From an uncultured Candidatus Saccharibacteria bacterium (GTDB lineage: Bacteria; Patescibacteriota; Saccharimonadia; CAILAD01; BJGX01), in contig CAYRNO010000003.1 of NCBI GenBank assembly GCA_964425715.1, positions 1 through 62,792 of the forward strand: a DNA stretch of 62,792 nucleotides, in the 5' to 3' direction. The translations under genes were made by a program, and so were the position numbers. The number at the start of each line of letters is the position of its first letter. Within the stretch, counting starts at the first letter, position 1. Positions 34,613 through 46,681 of the stretch are shown here, piece after piece. The notes beneath the pieces were generated by a model. It searched no databases. It had not been told where the DNA came from and worked only from the letters and a program-made list of their open reading frames with translations.

Positions 34613-36388
34613 ATGAGTAGTATTCGTAATTTTTGCATTATTGCTCATATCGATCACGGCAAAAGTACACTGGCAGATCGTATGCTAGAACTTACTGGTA
34701 CTGTTGAGAAGCGAGAGATGAAGTCCCAGCTGCTCGACTCTATGGATTTGGAGAGAGAGAAAGGTATTACCATCAAACTCCAGCCAGTCCGTATGAACTG
34801 GAAAGACCATCAACTCAACCTAATAGATACACCTGGTCATGTAGATTTTAGCTATGAAGTCAGTCGGAGCTTGGCAGCCTGCGAAGGTGCTGTGTTGGTG
34901 GTAGATGCCGCTCAGGGTATACAGGCGCAGACCTTGGCCAATGTGTATCTTGCACTTGAAGCCAACCTGGAGATAATACCCGTACTCAATAAGATAGACC
35001 TACCAGCCGCCGAACCTGAAAAAGTCGCAGCTGAGATAGCATCACTTCTGGGCTGTGACCCCAGCTCTATATTGCGTATTTCTGCCAAAGATGGTTCTGG
35101 GGTAGAAACATTACTGGATAAAATTGTAGAAGATATACCTGGGCCAACAGTAAATATCGACAAGCCGCTTAGGGCTTTGGTATTTGACTCAAACTACGAT
35201 GAGTATCGCGGAGTTATCTTGTATTTCCGAATATTAGATGGAGAAATCAAGAAGAACGACCAACTCAAGCTAATAATTGCTGATAAAAACACAATGGCTG
35301 TAGATGTAGGATATTTCAGTCCTAGCATGGTTTCTAGCGGAACTATAAGCTCTGGAGAAACTGGCTATGTAGTGACCAATCTCAAATCAATTACTGATGC
35401 CAATGTCGGCGATACTATTACTCATAGCAATCATCCGGCGACCGAAGCACTACCCGGATACAAGACTATCAAGCCATATGTATATGCTGGGTTCTTTCCT
35501 AATTCCGCCGAAGACTATCCAGCTCTCAAGGATGCGCTAGAAAAGCTTACTCTCAATGACTCAGCTCTACAATACTTGCCCGAAAATTCTCAAGTATTAG
35601 GATTTGGTTTTCGGCTAGGATTTCTAGGTCTACTACACCTCGAAATCATCAAAGAGAGGATAGAGCGAGAGTTCAATATTAGCCTTGTGATTACCAATCC
35701 AAGTGTGGATTATCAAGTAGAGACCACTTTAGGTGATAAATTGGAAGTAAAAAGTGCCGCCGATCTGCCGGATGTGAGTAGGATAGCAAAGATATTAGAA
35801 CCATGGATCAGCGGTGAAATAATAGTACCCAAGGAATACCTTGGTGCAATTATCCAGCTCATTAATTCTGTTCGTGGTATACAAAAAAATCTCAGCTATA
35901 TAGATGAACACTTGGCACTTGTGAGCTTTGAAGCTCCTCTTGCCAATGTGCTTACTGACTTCTATGATGAACTCAAATCAGTTACTTCTGGATATGGGTC
36001 ATTCAATTATGATTTAGCTGATTATAGAGAGCAAGACTTGGTCCGTGTCGATATATTAGTTGCATCTGAGATGGTGGACAGTCTTAGTATGATCACTCAT
36101 CGTAGCGAAGCATTAGCATTGGGTAGAAAGATTATTGAAAAACTCAAAGACGTTATACCCCGACAATTATTTGAGATTAGCCTTCAAGCTGCCATTGGCA
36201 GTAAGATAATCGCTCGAGAAGACATCAAGGCGCTGGGCAAGAACGTAACAGCCAAACTATATGGAGGCGATGTGAGTCGTAAGAACAAGCTTCTGGACAA
36301 GCAGAAGAAGGGCAAGAAACGACTCAAGAAAATCGGTAAAGTAGATATTCCTGCTGAAGCTTTTATGGTTTTACTCAAGAAGGATTAA
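34613..36388 (+). CDS. lepA: elongation factor 4 (LepA)
   Basis: 591 aa. IRNFCIIAHIDHGKSTLADR, DTPGHVDF. Confidence 0.95.
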   Translation: MSSIRNFCIIAHIDHGKSTLADRMLELTGTVEKREMKSQLLDSMDLEREKGITIKLQPVRMNWKDHQLNLIDTPGHVDFSYEVSRSLAACEGAVLVVDAAQGIQAQTLANVYLALEANLEIIPVLNKIDLPAAEPEKVAAEIASLLGCDPSSILRISAKDGSGVETLLDKIVEDIPGPTVNIDKPLRALVFDSNYDEYRGVILYFRILDGEIKKNDQLKLIIADKNTMAVDVGYFSPSMVSSGTISSGETGYVVTNLKSITDANVGDTITHSNHPATEALPGYKTIKPYVYAGFFPNSAEDYPALKDALEKLTLNDSALQYLPENSQVLGFGFRLGFLGLLHLEIIKERIEREFNISLVITNPSVDYQVETTLGDKLEVKSAADLPDVSRIAKILEPWISGEIIVPKEYLGAIIQLINSVRGIQKNLSYIDEHLALVSFEAPLANVLTDFYDELKSVTSGYGSFNYDLADYREQDLVRVDILVASEMVDSLSMITHRSEALALGRKIIEKLKDVIPRQLFEISLQAAIGSKIIAREDIKALGKNVTAKLYGGDVSRKNKLLDKQKKGKKRLKKIGKVDIPAEAFMVLLKKD

Positions 36389-36404
36389 TGCTATTTTATA
36401 AATA

Positions 36405-36641
36405 ATGAGTAAAAACAACACATCAAGATTATTAGCCAAAACACTACTGATACTAGGTGCAGTAGTACTGAGTATAGGGCTCGCTCTGCTAATCAGAATG
36501 GTTTTCTTCAAGCCGCTTCCTGCAAAAGCACCCAGTGAACAGCTAGATATTGATACTCAAGATGAAGCATTGTCAGAAGAACAGCCCAACGACCCTCAGC
36601 TTCTAGAAGAGGAACAGCTTGAAAAATCAACTATTGAATAA
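36405..36641 (+). CDS. small membrane-anchored acidic protein
   Basis: 78 aa, one TM helix. Confidence 0.5.
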   Translation: MSKNNTSRLLAKTLLILGAVVLSIGLALLIRMVFFKPLPAKAPSEQLDIDTQDEALSEEQPNDPQLLEEEQLEKSTIE

Positions 36642-36648
36642 AAATATA

Positions 36649-36675
36649 TTGGCACTCTTGACACTAGAGTGCTAG
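36649..36675 (+). promoter_or_regulatory. CIRCE operator overlapping the hrcA-dnaK operon promoter
   Basis: TTGGCACTC-N9-GAGTGCTAG versus the consensus TTAGCACTC-N9-GAGTGCTAA. TTGACA at 36658-36663 lies in the spacer, and TATAAT is at 36682-36687. Confidence 0.85.
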
Positions 36676-36748
36676 TTTTTATATAATAAATGCATGTTGG
36701 CACTATAGAGTGTTGACTGCCAAAATAAATGGTATTACCATATATATT

Positions 36749-37450
36749 ATGACAAATCGTCAAAAAGAAATTTTAGCTAGTATCATCCAGCTCTATGCAG
36801 ATTCGGCCGAACCGGTGAGTTCACGCGAACTCGTGAGCATTTTTGAGCTTAGCTCAGCTACTATTCGAGCCGAAATGGCTGTGCTAGAAGAAAATGATTA
36901 CATATTTCAACCACATATTTCTAGTGGTCGCGTACCTACAGATAAAGGATATCGCTATTTTGTCAACAATCTAGCGGCTTATAAATCGGATAAATCAAAC
37001 AAAAGCGTGCAAACTATAGCAAAGCGCGTAGATAGCCTCAAGGATCGTACGGATGGCGCTATCAAGATAGCAGCAGAAACCCTAAGTGATCTTACAGGTA
37101 ATATGGCTTTCGCTACATTGAGTGATTCGGTGTATTTTCATGGCATGGGACAGTTGTTTTCCCAGCCAGAGTTCATGGATCAAGTAAATGCCTTGCAAGC
37201 AGCTAGATTTCTAGATGCCATTCAGCAATGGCTTACTAGCGCTAAGATAGACTCATTGCAGGTATATATAGGTTCTGAAAATCCAGTAGTGCGTAGCAGT
37301 GGACTCACTATGATGGTCAATCGGTTTACTAGCCCATACTCAGACTATAGTTACATCGGCATAGTAGGGCCCACCAGACAAAGTTATGACAAAGTAATAA
37401 GTCTCGTAGAAGGTACTACCGAAGCTTTAGAACAAGTATTTCAGGAGTAA
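36749..37450 (+). CDS. hrcA: heat-inducible repressor HrcA (short form)
   Basis: 233 aa from the ATG at 36749 (MTNRQKEILASIIQLY...). wHTH N-terminus. About 100 aa shorter than typical HrcA. Confidence 0.8.
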   Translation: MTNRQKEILASIIQLYADSAEPVSSRELVSIFELSSATIRAEMAVLEENDYIFQPHISSGRVPTDKGYRYFVNNLAAYKSDKSNKSVQTIAKRVDSLKDRTDGAIKIAAETLSDLTGNMAFATLSDSVYFHGMGQLFSQPEFMDQVNALQAARFLDAIQQWLTSAKIDSLQVYIGSENPVVRSSGLTMMVNRFTSPYSDYSYIGIVGPTRQSYDKVISLVEGTTEALEQVFQE

Positions 37451-37453
37451 ATT

Positions 37454-39914
<2,461 letters not shown>

Positions 39915-39915
<1 letters not shown>

Positions 39916-40265
39916 TGTCGCAACCTGCAGAAGGAAAAGATTTTATTGGAAAAAATATCCATATAAAATTTGACCGACCATTAGGATCAAAACATCCAAA
40001 GTTTGATGATATTTATCCAATTAATTATGGATTTGTTCCTGGAGCAACTGCAGGTGATGGTGACGATATAGATGTATACTATCTTTCTTCAGACAAGCCA
40101 CTAAAAGAAATAGATGGCTACTGTATAGGTTATGTTCATCGTTTTGATGATAACGAAGATAAGTTAATCGCTACCAATGGTGAGAATTTTTCAATTGAAG
40201 AAATTGAAAAGAAACTAGATTTTCAAGAAAAATGGTTTAAGCATGAGATAATCTTAGATAAATAA
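39915..40265 (+). CDS. short inorganic-pyrophosphatase-like protein
   Basis: 116 aa. [21 protein letters not shown] resembles the family I PPase YPxNYGFIPxTxxxDGDPxDV motif. TAATG coupling to dnaK. Confidence 0.55.
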
Positions 40266-40266
40266 A

Positions 40267-41163
40267 ATGGATAAAAGAGATTACTACGAAGTACTAGGTG
40301 TAGATAAGTCTGCATCACAAGATGAGATCAAGCGTGCTTTTCGTAAGCAAGCTGTCAAGCTTCATCCCGACAAAGAGACGGGTGACGAAGCTAAGTTCAA
40401 AGAGCTCAACGAAGCTTATGAAGTATTGGGTAACGAGCAAAAGAAGCAAGCCTATGACCAATTTGGCCATGCAGCTGGTGCAGACCAAGCCGGTGGTGGA
40501 CAAAACCCATACGGTCAAGGCAATCCATTTGGTGATGGCGTGCAGTTTGATTTTTCTGGTTTTGGCGGAGGCGGTATGGGCGATCTATTCGAGATGTTTT
40601 TCCGCGGAGCTCAGAATCAAACTCGAGATGTAGAGATCGCGCTTACTATAGATTTTATGGATGCTGCCAAAGGTACCACCAAAGAACTTAGTCTGCGAGT
40701 AGCAGATAGAAAATCCGGTGGTCGCAAACAAGAGGATATCAAGGTCAAGATACCTGCTGGCATCGACGATGGGCAATCTATCAAGCTAGAAGGTAAGGGT
40801 GAGATAAATGCACAAGGTCAAAGAGGTGATCTGTACGTACATATACGAGTTCGACCACACAAATCTTTGCGCAGAGAAGGTGCCAACATAATATCTGAAG
40901 TTACATTGGACATGGTAGATGCTGCACTCGGTACAGAGGCCGATGTAGAGACTCTTGATGGCGAAGTAACAGTCAAGATACCAGCTGGATCTGGACATGG
41001 TAAGGTAGTCAAGATATCTGGCGAAGGGTTGCCTATTATAGGTACCAACAGAAGAGGCGACCACCTAATAGTGATAAGTGTAGCAGTACCCAAGAAGCTC
41101 AATCACAAACAGCGCCAAGCTCTCGAAGATTACCAAAAAGCTACCAAAAAACATTTCTGGTAA
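40267..41163 (+). CDS. dnaJ: DnaJ-family co-chaperone lacking the zinc-finger domain (class B/CbpA-like)
   Basis: 298 aa. J-domain with HPD, G/F-rich linker, and no cysteine anywhere in the protein. Confidence 0.88.
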   Translation: MDKRDYYEVLGVDKSASQDEIKRAFRKQAVKLHPDKETGDEAKFKELNEAYEVLGNEQKKQAYDQFGHAAGADQAGGGQNPYGQGNPFGDGVQFDFSGFGGGGMGDLFEMFFRGAQNQTRDVEIALTIDFMDAAKGTTKELSLRVADRKSGGRKQEDIKVKIPAGIDDGQSIKLEGKGEINAQGQRGDLYVHIRVRPHKSLRREGANIISEVTLDMVDAALGTEADVETLDGEVTVKIPAGSGHGKVVKISGEGLPIIGTNRRGDHLIVISVAVPKKLNHKQRQALEDYQKATKKHFW

Positions 41164-41214
41164 TATTTTATAAATTTGCTGCAACAATAAGCATAAGGGT
41201 ATAATATATGTATT

Positions 41215-41715
41215 ATGAACCAGATACCCCAACTTACATTCAACCTAGTGTTTTTTATAATTATTGGTGGACTCGCAGTAGTAGGATTATTCTTTGGCGA
41301 AGGTCGCATACGCTTAGTAGCACTAGGTGCTTTTATGGCACTGTTCGTGATGAATCAAATATCAGATCCGTCCTTTAACACGATATCTAGACCTGTAGGT
41401 ACACTAGTAGGAGCAAATAATGTAGGAAGTGCTATTGGTGGAATCATATTCTTACTATTCATAGTAGGTGCATTTCTGGGCAATCACAAGAAAGGCTCAA
41501 ATATCCGTGGTATGTTGCTTGGAATAGTAACAGGTTTATTTGTAATGGCATATGGAACCGCACTGTTGCCTAGTCAAGTTAAAGAATCGATAGTAGGTAA
41601 TTACAATCTAGCAGCAATCATTACCTCTATAAGACCATATATACTTATCGCATTGATCGTACTTATTCTAGTTTCGATATTTATGCCTGAGAAAAACAAG
41701 GACGACAAGAAATAG
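41215..41715 (+). CDS. hypothetical polytopic membrane protein
   Basis: 166 aa. Confidence 0.55.
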   Translation: MNQIPQLTFNLVFFIIIGGLAVVGLFFGEGRIRLVALGAFMALFVMNQISDPSFNTISRPVGTLVGANNVGSAIGGIIFLLFIVGAFLGNHKKGSNIRGMLLGIVTGLFVMAYGTALLPSQVKESIVGNYNLAAIITSIRPYILIALIVLILVSIFMPEKNKDDKK

Positions 41716-41718
41716 CCT

Positions 41719-43554
41719 ATGAGTGAGAAACTAGCACTATATCCAGAAAGACCAAGCCAATCAAGCGAGAGTTTTAGTAAATATATAGAAATACTCGGAC
41801 GCCCTCCGGAATTTGAACTAAGTGAGTCGCAAAGAAATGATATTGTTGATTTTGAATCAAGATTCTTAGAAGGAGATATAGAAACAACGGTAGTATTTGA
41901 TGAAAAACCTAAATCATACGCAGAAATTAATCGAATTACTGCAGCAGAAAAGAAAGTTTGTTTAGATTATTTCCTAACAGAAGAAGGCAAGAATATACTC
42001 TCAGAAGCTATTCAAAATGTAGAATTGCCAGACACAAAGAATGGTTTAATAGCTTTATTGACAGAAAAAGCTTCGGATATAGGGGTAAAAGAATGGAAAT
42101 CTTTAACGGTAAAAAGCTCGAATTGGGCAGAGAAAAAGTTAGTACACCAATTAGAAATGCGAATAAAAGGTGATGAGCCTGAAGAAGAGCCAGAATATTT
42201 TAGTATCATTAAATCTCCAGATAAATTAATTGAGAAAGCAAAATACTCTAGAGAACTAAAAAAATACTATAAAGCTGTTGAATCAGACCTAAAATCAGAA
42301 GACACTAGTGACCCTGTCATTCAAATGAAGCTAGAGTTGGTAAGAATCGCCAGAGAGAGGCTAAACTTACTTATTACTGAGCAGTATAGACAAGCAATGC
42401 TATTGCAAGAACAGTCTAGGCACGTCGATAGCAACAACTTAAACGATAGATTAGATGAGTTGTATACATATTTACCTGCATTACAGAAAAAACCAAACGA
42501 GAAGAGACAAGAAGAGTTTAGAGATAAGGCAGCAAGGTTCCTATCAAGAATAGATAAATTTGTAAACGGTGTTTCCTCGGATGGGTCAGTATCGCCAATA
42601 ACAGAAGATCTGTTACGGATACAAGAGAGAAACAAAGAACAGGGTGAAGGCCATACTATGCAAGCTGAACCCGGTACATTTAGTGATATCGACCAAGAAG
42701 TCCTTAAGTCTACTTATATAGATGCTGATGAGTTTAAAAAAATGACCGAGATGGTCTTAGAAACATATGGTCTATTGAGTAGTCAAGAAGAGTATGACTC
42801 AGATCGCGAAGGCTGGGCAACTGATGGTAAATGGCAAGTAATTATTGACGATACAGTACATAGCCTTTCAATAAATGGAGTAAAAGGTATAGTAAGGATA
42901 CCCGGTGATTACAATAGGGAACTTACATCGATAAGCCCAGCAGGCCCGTTACAAGTATTAGATCATGAAGTAACCCATGTATTACAACATCAAAACGCAC
43001 TCAAAATCGGATTGCAATCATTCGATAACGTAGCCATTCCAAGAACTTCTCTCTGGGCAGAAGCAGGAGGAATTTATAAAGAACAGATTGCAAAGAAAAG
43101 AATACTTGGATTAGAGTCGGAAACTCCAGCTACACATTATTTAGCAGCGCTACAAAGAAGAATAGAAGGTGGTACTATTCTAGATTCAGCACAGGCATTC
43201 TATGATGATTCAATGAAGCGCAATCCGGAGACTAGCCAGGCTGATGCTATAAAGTTGGCAGTAAATAGAACACTTAGATTATTTAGAAGAGGCGGAGAGC
43301 TTACACTTAATTCTCCATATTGGTCCAATACTGCACCACTTGATTATGCCGAACAAAGTGTTTTGATTGAACAACTACCTGAAGATAAAAAAGACTGGCT
43401 ATTGATTGGTCGTAGTAACTTAGGTGTACTCGCTCAGCTACATCGGCTGGGTTGGTTACAAGGTAAAGATTTCATAGTGCCTGAAATGAGTCCATCAGAA
43501 ATTTTAGAACCTTACGTGAGAACAGAATTATTAGGGCTAGGGTCAAATAGCTAA
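41719..43554 (+). CDS. hypothetical protein with HExxH metallopeptidase motif (possibly DUF1704/MATCAP-like)
   Basis: 611 aa. LDHEVTHVLQHQN followed by WAEAGG. Long acidic helical N-terminal half. Confidence 0.5.
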   Translation: MSEKLALYPERPSQSSESFSKYIEILGRPPEFELSESQRNDIVDFESRFLEGDIETTVVFDEKPKSYAEINRITAAEKKVCLDYFLTEEGKNILSEAIQNVELPDTKNGLIALLTEKASDIGVKEWKSLTVKSSNWAEKKLVHQLEMRIKGDEPEEEPEYFSIIKSPDKLIEKAKYSRELKKYYKAVESDLKSEDTSDPVIQMKLELVRIARERLNLLITEQYRQAMLLQEQSRHVDSNNLNDRLDELYTYLPALQKKPNEKRQEEFRDKAARFLSRIDKFVNGVSSDGSVSPITEDLLRIQERNKEQGEGHTMQAEPGTFSDIDQEVLKSTYIDADEFKKMTEMVLETYGLLSSQEEYDSDREGWATDGKWQVIIDDTVHSLSINGVKGIVRIPGDYNRELTSISPAGPLQVLDHEVTHVLQHQNALKIGLQSFDNVAIPRTSLWAEAGGIYKEQIAKKRILGLESETPATHYLAALQRRIEGGTILDSAQAFYDDSMKRNPETSQADAIKLAVNRTLRLFRRGGELTLNSPYWSNTAPLDYAEQSVLIEQLPEDKKDWLLIGRSNLGVLAQLHRLGWLQGKDFIVPEMSPSEILEPYVRTELLGLGSNS

Positions 43555-43599
43555 TTTAACACTTGGTAAATAACACCTTATATGGTAGAGTTTTAATCT

Positions 43600-44901
43600 A
43601 TGGAAAGAAGTTTGTTATTTAAATATCGACGTCTCAAAATAAAGTTTATAGCAATATTTTTAGACCACTATGTGCGTGTAGCTCAAAAAAAACATGATAT
43701 CAAAATAGTGGCCGTAACAGGCACTATCGGCAAGACGTCTGCCAAAGTAGCCATCTCACAGCTACTTGCGAGTAAGCATAGGGTATTTATTGAGGATCAA
43801 AATCACAACTCTGATAGAGCAATAAGGCTTAATTTCTTTGGCGTAGAATTTCCACACAAAAGCAGGCAAATGACACGTTGGGTGCCGGTACTATTTGAAG
43901 TGCGAAAACTGGCCAAGAACTTCCCCTATGATGTAGTTGTGATAGAAATGGCCGAGAGCAGACACTCATCTCTCAAGAGATTTATAGCAGAGATTCAGCC
44001 TGACATCGGAGTAATCACAGCAGTATCACCAGTGCATATGAGATATTTCAAATCACTTGATAGGGTGGTGAAGGCTACTTGGGATTTGGTCAATCTATCT
44101 AAGAAAGTTGTATACAACACAGATTTCGAAGAATTGGAAAATTTAGCAAAAGGCACCAATCATACAATAGGCTATGGAATCGAGGGTGGTAAAGTAAGGT
44201 TTAAAAATATAAAGAGAGATAAAAATAACTATTTGACGGGTCAGCTATGTGTAGGATCGCAAAGTGTACAGGTCAAATCAAATTTTATAGCTCAGCAATC
44301 TCTGTATAGTCTTTTGGCTGCAGCAACAACAGCAATTGAGCTCGGCTGGGATCTTGAAGATGTAGCAAAAAATATCAAATACATAAAATCAGTAAGTGGC
44401 AGGATGAACTTACTAGACGGTAAGAATAATTCAATTATTATTGATGACAGTTTCAATGCTAGCCCTATCGCTGTAAAAGCGGCCTTAGAAACCTTACGAG
44501 AATTCAAGGGCTATAAGATAGCAGTGCTTGGCAGTATGAATGAGCTTGGTGAAGAAAGCATCAGGGAGCATACCAAAATTGGACAGCTAGCAGCAGAAAT
44601 TGCTGATATAATCATAACTGTAGGTAAAGAATCCAAGAGATATCTGGTACCTGCGGCTATCCAGGCCGGATTTGATAAGCAGAATATATACTCTTTCATG
44701 AAGTCAAATCAAACTGGTAAATGTCTCAATACTGTTTTGAGGCCAAATAGCATAGTACTGTTCAAAGGATCTCAAGGCGGCATATATATGGAAGAGGCTA
44801 TAAAATTTATATTGAAAGATCCAAAAACCGCAGATGAAGTGCTTGTAAGGCAAAAAAACGAGTGGCTAAGACGTAAGAAAAACTTCTTTTCAGACCTGTA
44901 A
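43600..44901 (+). CDS. murF: Mur ligase family, MurF-like (UDP-MurNAc-tripeptide--D-Ala-D-Ala ligase)
   Basis: 433 aa. VTGTIGKTS P-loop and DDSFNASP motif. Confidence 0.7.
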   Translation: MERSLLFKYRRLKIKFIAIFLDHYVRVAQKKHDIKIVAVTGTIGKTSAKVAISQLLASKHRVFIEDQNHNSDRAIRLNFFGVEFPHKSRQMTRWVPVLFEVRKLAKNFPYDVVVIEMAESRHSSLKRFIAEIQPDIGVITAVSPVHMRYFKSLDRVVKATWDLVNLSKKVVYNTDFEELENLAKGTNHTIGYGIEGGKVRFKNIKRDKNNYLTGQLCVGSQSVQVKSNFIAQQSLYSLLAAATTAIELGWDLEDVAKNIKYIKSVSGRMNLLDGKNNSIIIDDSFNASPIAVKAALETLREFKGYKIAVLGSMNELGEESIREHTKIGQLAAEIADIIITVGKESKRYLVPAAIQAGFDKQNIYSFMKSNQTGKCLNTVLRPNSIVLFKGSQGGIYMEEAIKFILKDPKTADEVLVRQKNEWLRRKKNFFSDL

Positions 44902-44965
44902 TTACATTGACTTTTCAGGTGAAAAAGTGTAAACTATACGAAATTTATAATTCAACTATATACCC

Positions 44966-45391
44966 ATGGAAAACTTAAATGTACTAGGAAGAAAAGCATC
45001 GGTAAAATTTGTAGATTTACCATTAGATTCTACAATGGCCAAGATCGATACAGGTGCGTATCACAACGCTATTCACTGTAGCGATGTTGTTGTTGAAAAA
45101 ATAAATGGCAAGAAATACTTATCATTCTATGTACTTGATGCCTCTCACCCAGATTTTAAAAATCAAAAGATCACAGTCGATAAATTCACCAAGACTATTG
45201 TAAAAAATTCTTTTGGTGAGTTTCAGCGTAGGTATGTAGTGAAGATGAGATTCAAGATAGATGGGATCAAGAAAATATATCATTCTGATTTTACATTGGC
45301 AGATCGAAGTAGGATGAAGATACCCGTGCTCATAGGTCGCAAATTTCTCAAAAGAGGTTTTTTGGTTGACGTAACCAAAGATAAAATCTAA
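44966..45391 (+). CDS. RimK-associated retropepsin-like aspartic protease (Zn_protease/DUF785 family)
   Basis: 141 aa. AKIDTGA motif. Directly upstream of rimK. Confidence 0.7.
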   Translation: MENLNVLGRKASVKFVDLPLDSTMAKIDTGAYHNAIHCSDVVVEKINGKKYLSFYVLDASHPDFKNQKITVDKFTKTIVKNSFGEFQRRYVVKMRFKIDGIKKIYHSDFTLADRSRMKIPVLIGRKFLKRGFLVDVTKDKI

Positions 45392-45401
45392 AGTTAATAG
45401 T

Positions 45402-46304
45402 ATGAAGATAGCAGTACTATCCAGAGGAAGTGGTAACTATTCCACAAAACGACTTGTCGAGGCAGGTAAAAAACGCGGTCATGATATGGTAGTTATCAAT
45501 CATGCCAACTGTAATATTGATATAGAAAGAAATAAACCAGGGATACTGTATAAGAACCAGGTCATAGACGATGTAGATGCTATCATACCTCGGATTGGTC
45601 AATCTATCACCTCCTATGGTTCAGCTGTAGTAAGACAATTTGAAATGATGCGAGTTTATACTTCGGTATCATCATTGGCGCTAGTCAGATCTCGAGACAA
45701 ATTCCGAGCATTGCAACTATTGGCAAGGTCGGGAGTAGGGATTCCTCGCACTGTTTTTGCTCGCCAGAGTCAAGAACCAGATAGCCTAATTGATGTTGTT
45801 GGTGGCTCGCCTGTAGTTATTAAGTTGTTAGAGGGTACTCATGGTATTGGTGTAGTATTGGCAGAGACTCGCAAGGCAGCTAAGTCTGTTATACAAGCAT
45901 TCTATGGACTCGGTGCAAGCCTCTTGGTGCAAGAATTTATTGAAGAAGCTAATGGTGCTGATATACGGGTGATAGTAGTAGGAGATAGAGTAGCTGGAGC
46001 ATTTATGAGAAAAAACGATGAAGACTTTAGGAGTAATCTGCATCGGGGAGGACAATCTCTACCAGTAGAACTCAACAAGAAAGAGACCAATATAGCGCTT
46101 AAAGCTGCAAATACACTTGGTCTACCGATAGCTGGTGTAGATATCATTCGCTCTAAGCGTGGACCACTTGTCTTAGAAGTCAACTCTAGTCCTGGACTTG
46201 GAGGAATTGAGAAACAAACCGGTGAAGATATAGCTGGTGAAATAATCGACTATGTGGTAACAAAAGCATCCGGGAAAAGACGCAAAGATAGGATTGGAGC
46301 CTAG
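45402..46304 (+). CDS. rimK: RimK-family ATP-grasp alpha-L-glutamate ligase
   Basis: 300 aa. MKIAVLSR...STKRL N-terminus and ATP-grasp motifs (VVIKLLEGTHGIGV, EVNSSPG). Confidence 0.88.
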   Translation: MKIAVLSRGSGNYSTKRLVEAGKKRGHDMVVINHANCNIDIERNKPGILYKNQVIDDVDAIIPRIGQSITSYGSAVVRQFEMMRVYTSVSSLALVRSRDKFRALQLLARSGVGIPRTVFARQSQEPDSLIDVVGGSPVVIKLLEGTHGIGVVLAETRKAAKSVIQAFYGLGASLLVQEFIEEANGADIRVIVVGDRVAGAFMRKNDEDFRSNLHRGGQSLPVELNKKETNIALKAANTLGLPIAGVDIIRSKRGPLVLEVNSSPGLGGIEKQTGEDIAGEIIDYVVTKASGKRRKDRIGA

Positions 46305-46358
46305 ACCAAAGGATTGATTTATTGTCTTAATTAAGGTTAAATATATAGATATTCATAC

Positions 46359-46435
46359 GGGTCCGTAGCTCAGTTGGTTAGAGCACCTGCCTTTTAAGCA
46401 GGGTGTCGTGAGTTCGAGTCTCACCGGACCCACCA
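46359..46435 (+). tRNA. tRNA-Lys (UUU), CCA encoded
   Basis: Acceptor GGGTCCG/CGGACCC. Anticodon stem CCTGC/GCAGG with loop CTTTTAA. Confidence 0.9.
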
Positions 46436-46470
46436 AAGCAAAAACCTCACTTTGTGGGGTTTTTGCTTTG
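46436..46470 (+). terminator. intrinsic terminator using a CCTCAC/GTGGGG stem
   Basis: AAAGCAAAAACCTCAC-ttt-GTGGGGTTTTTGCTTT. Confidence 0.8.
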
Positions 46471-46681
46471 GTGAAACCTAGTAGGGTTTGAAATCACGAA
46501 GTGAGGGCGGCGAAATGAGCTCACGCGTAGAAGCTTACTTCGAGTATGAGCGATTGGAGAAGGCGCTAGCCGCTGTCTCACTATTATCAATTATGTTTTA
46601 CTATACTTGATAATAATTACTCTGTAATTTTAAACTTCTTCAAGCTTGCTCATGAATATCTAATATTTATAAGCTAGATAA

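Noticed and set aside
36697-36741. A second CIRCE-like element (TTGGCACT-ATAG-AGTGTTGA) and a 13-nt palindrome ATGGTATTACCAT in the hrcA leader.
   Set aside because: The spacer is 4 nt instead of 9 and the arms are imperfect. It may add mRNA structure, but it does not fit the HrcA operator.
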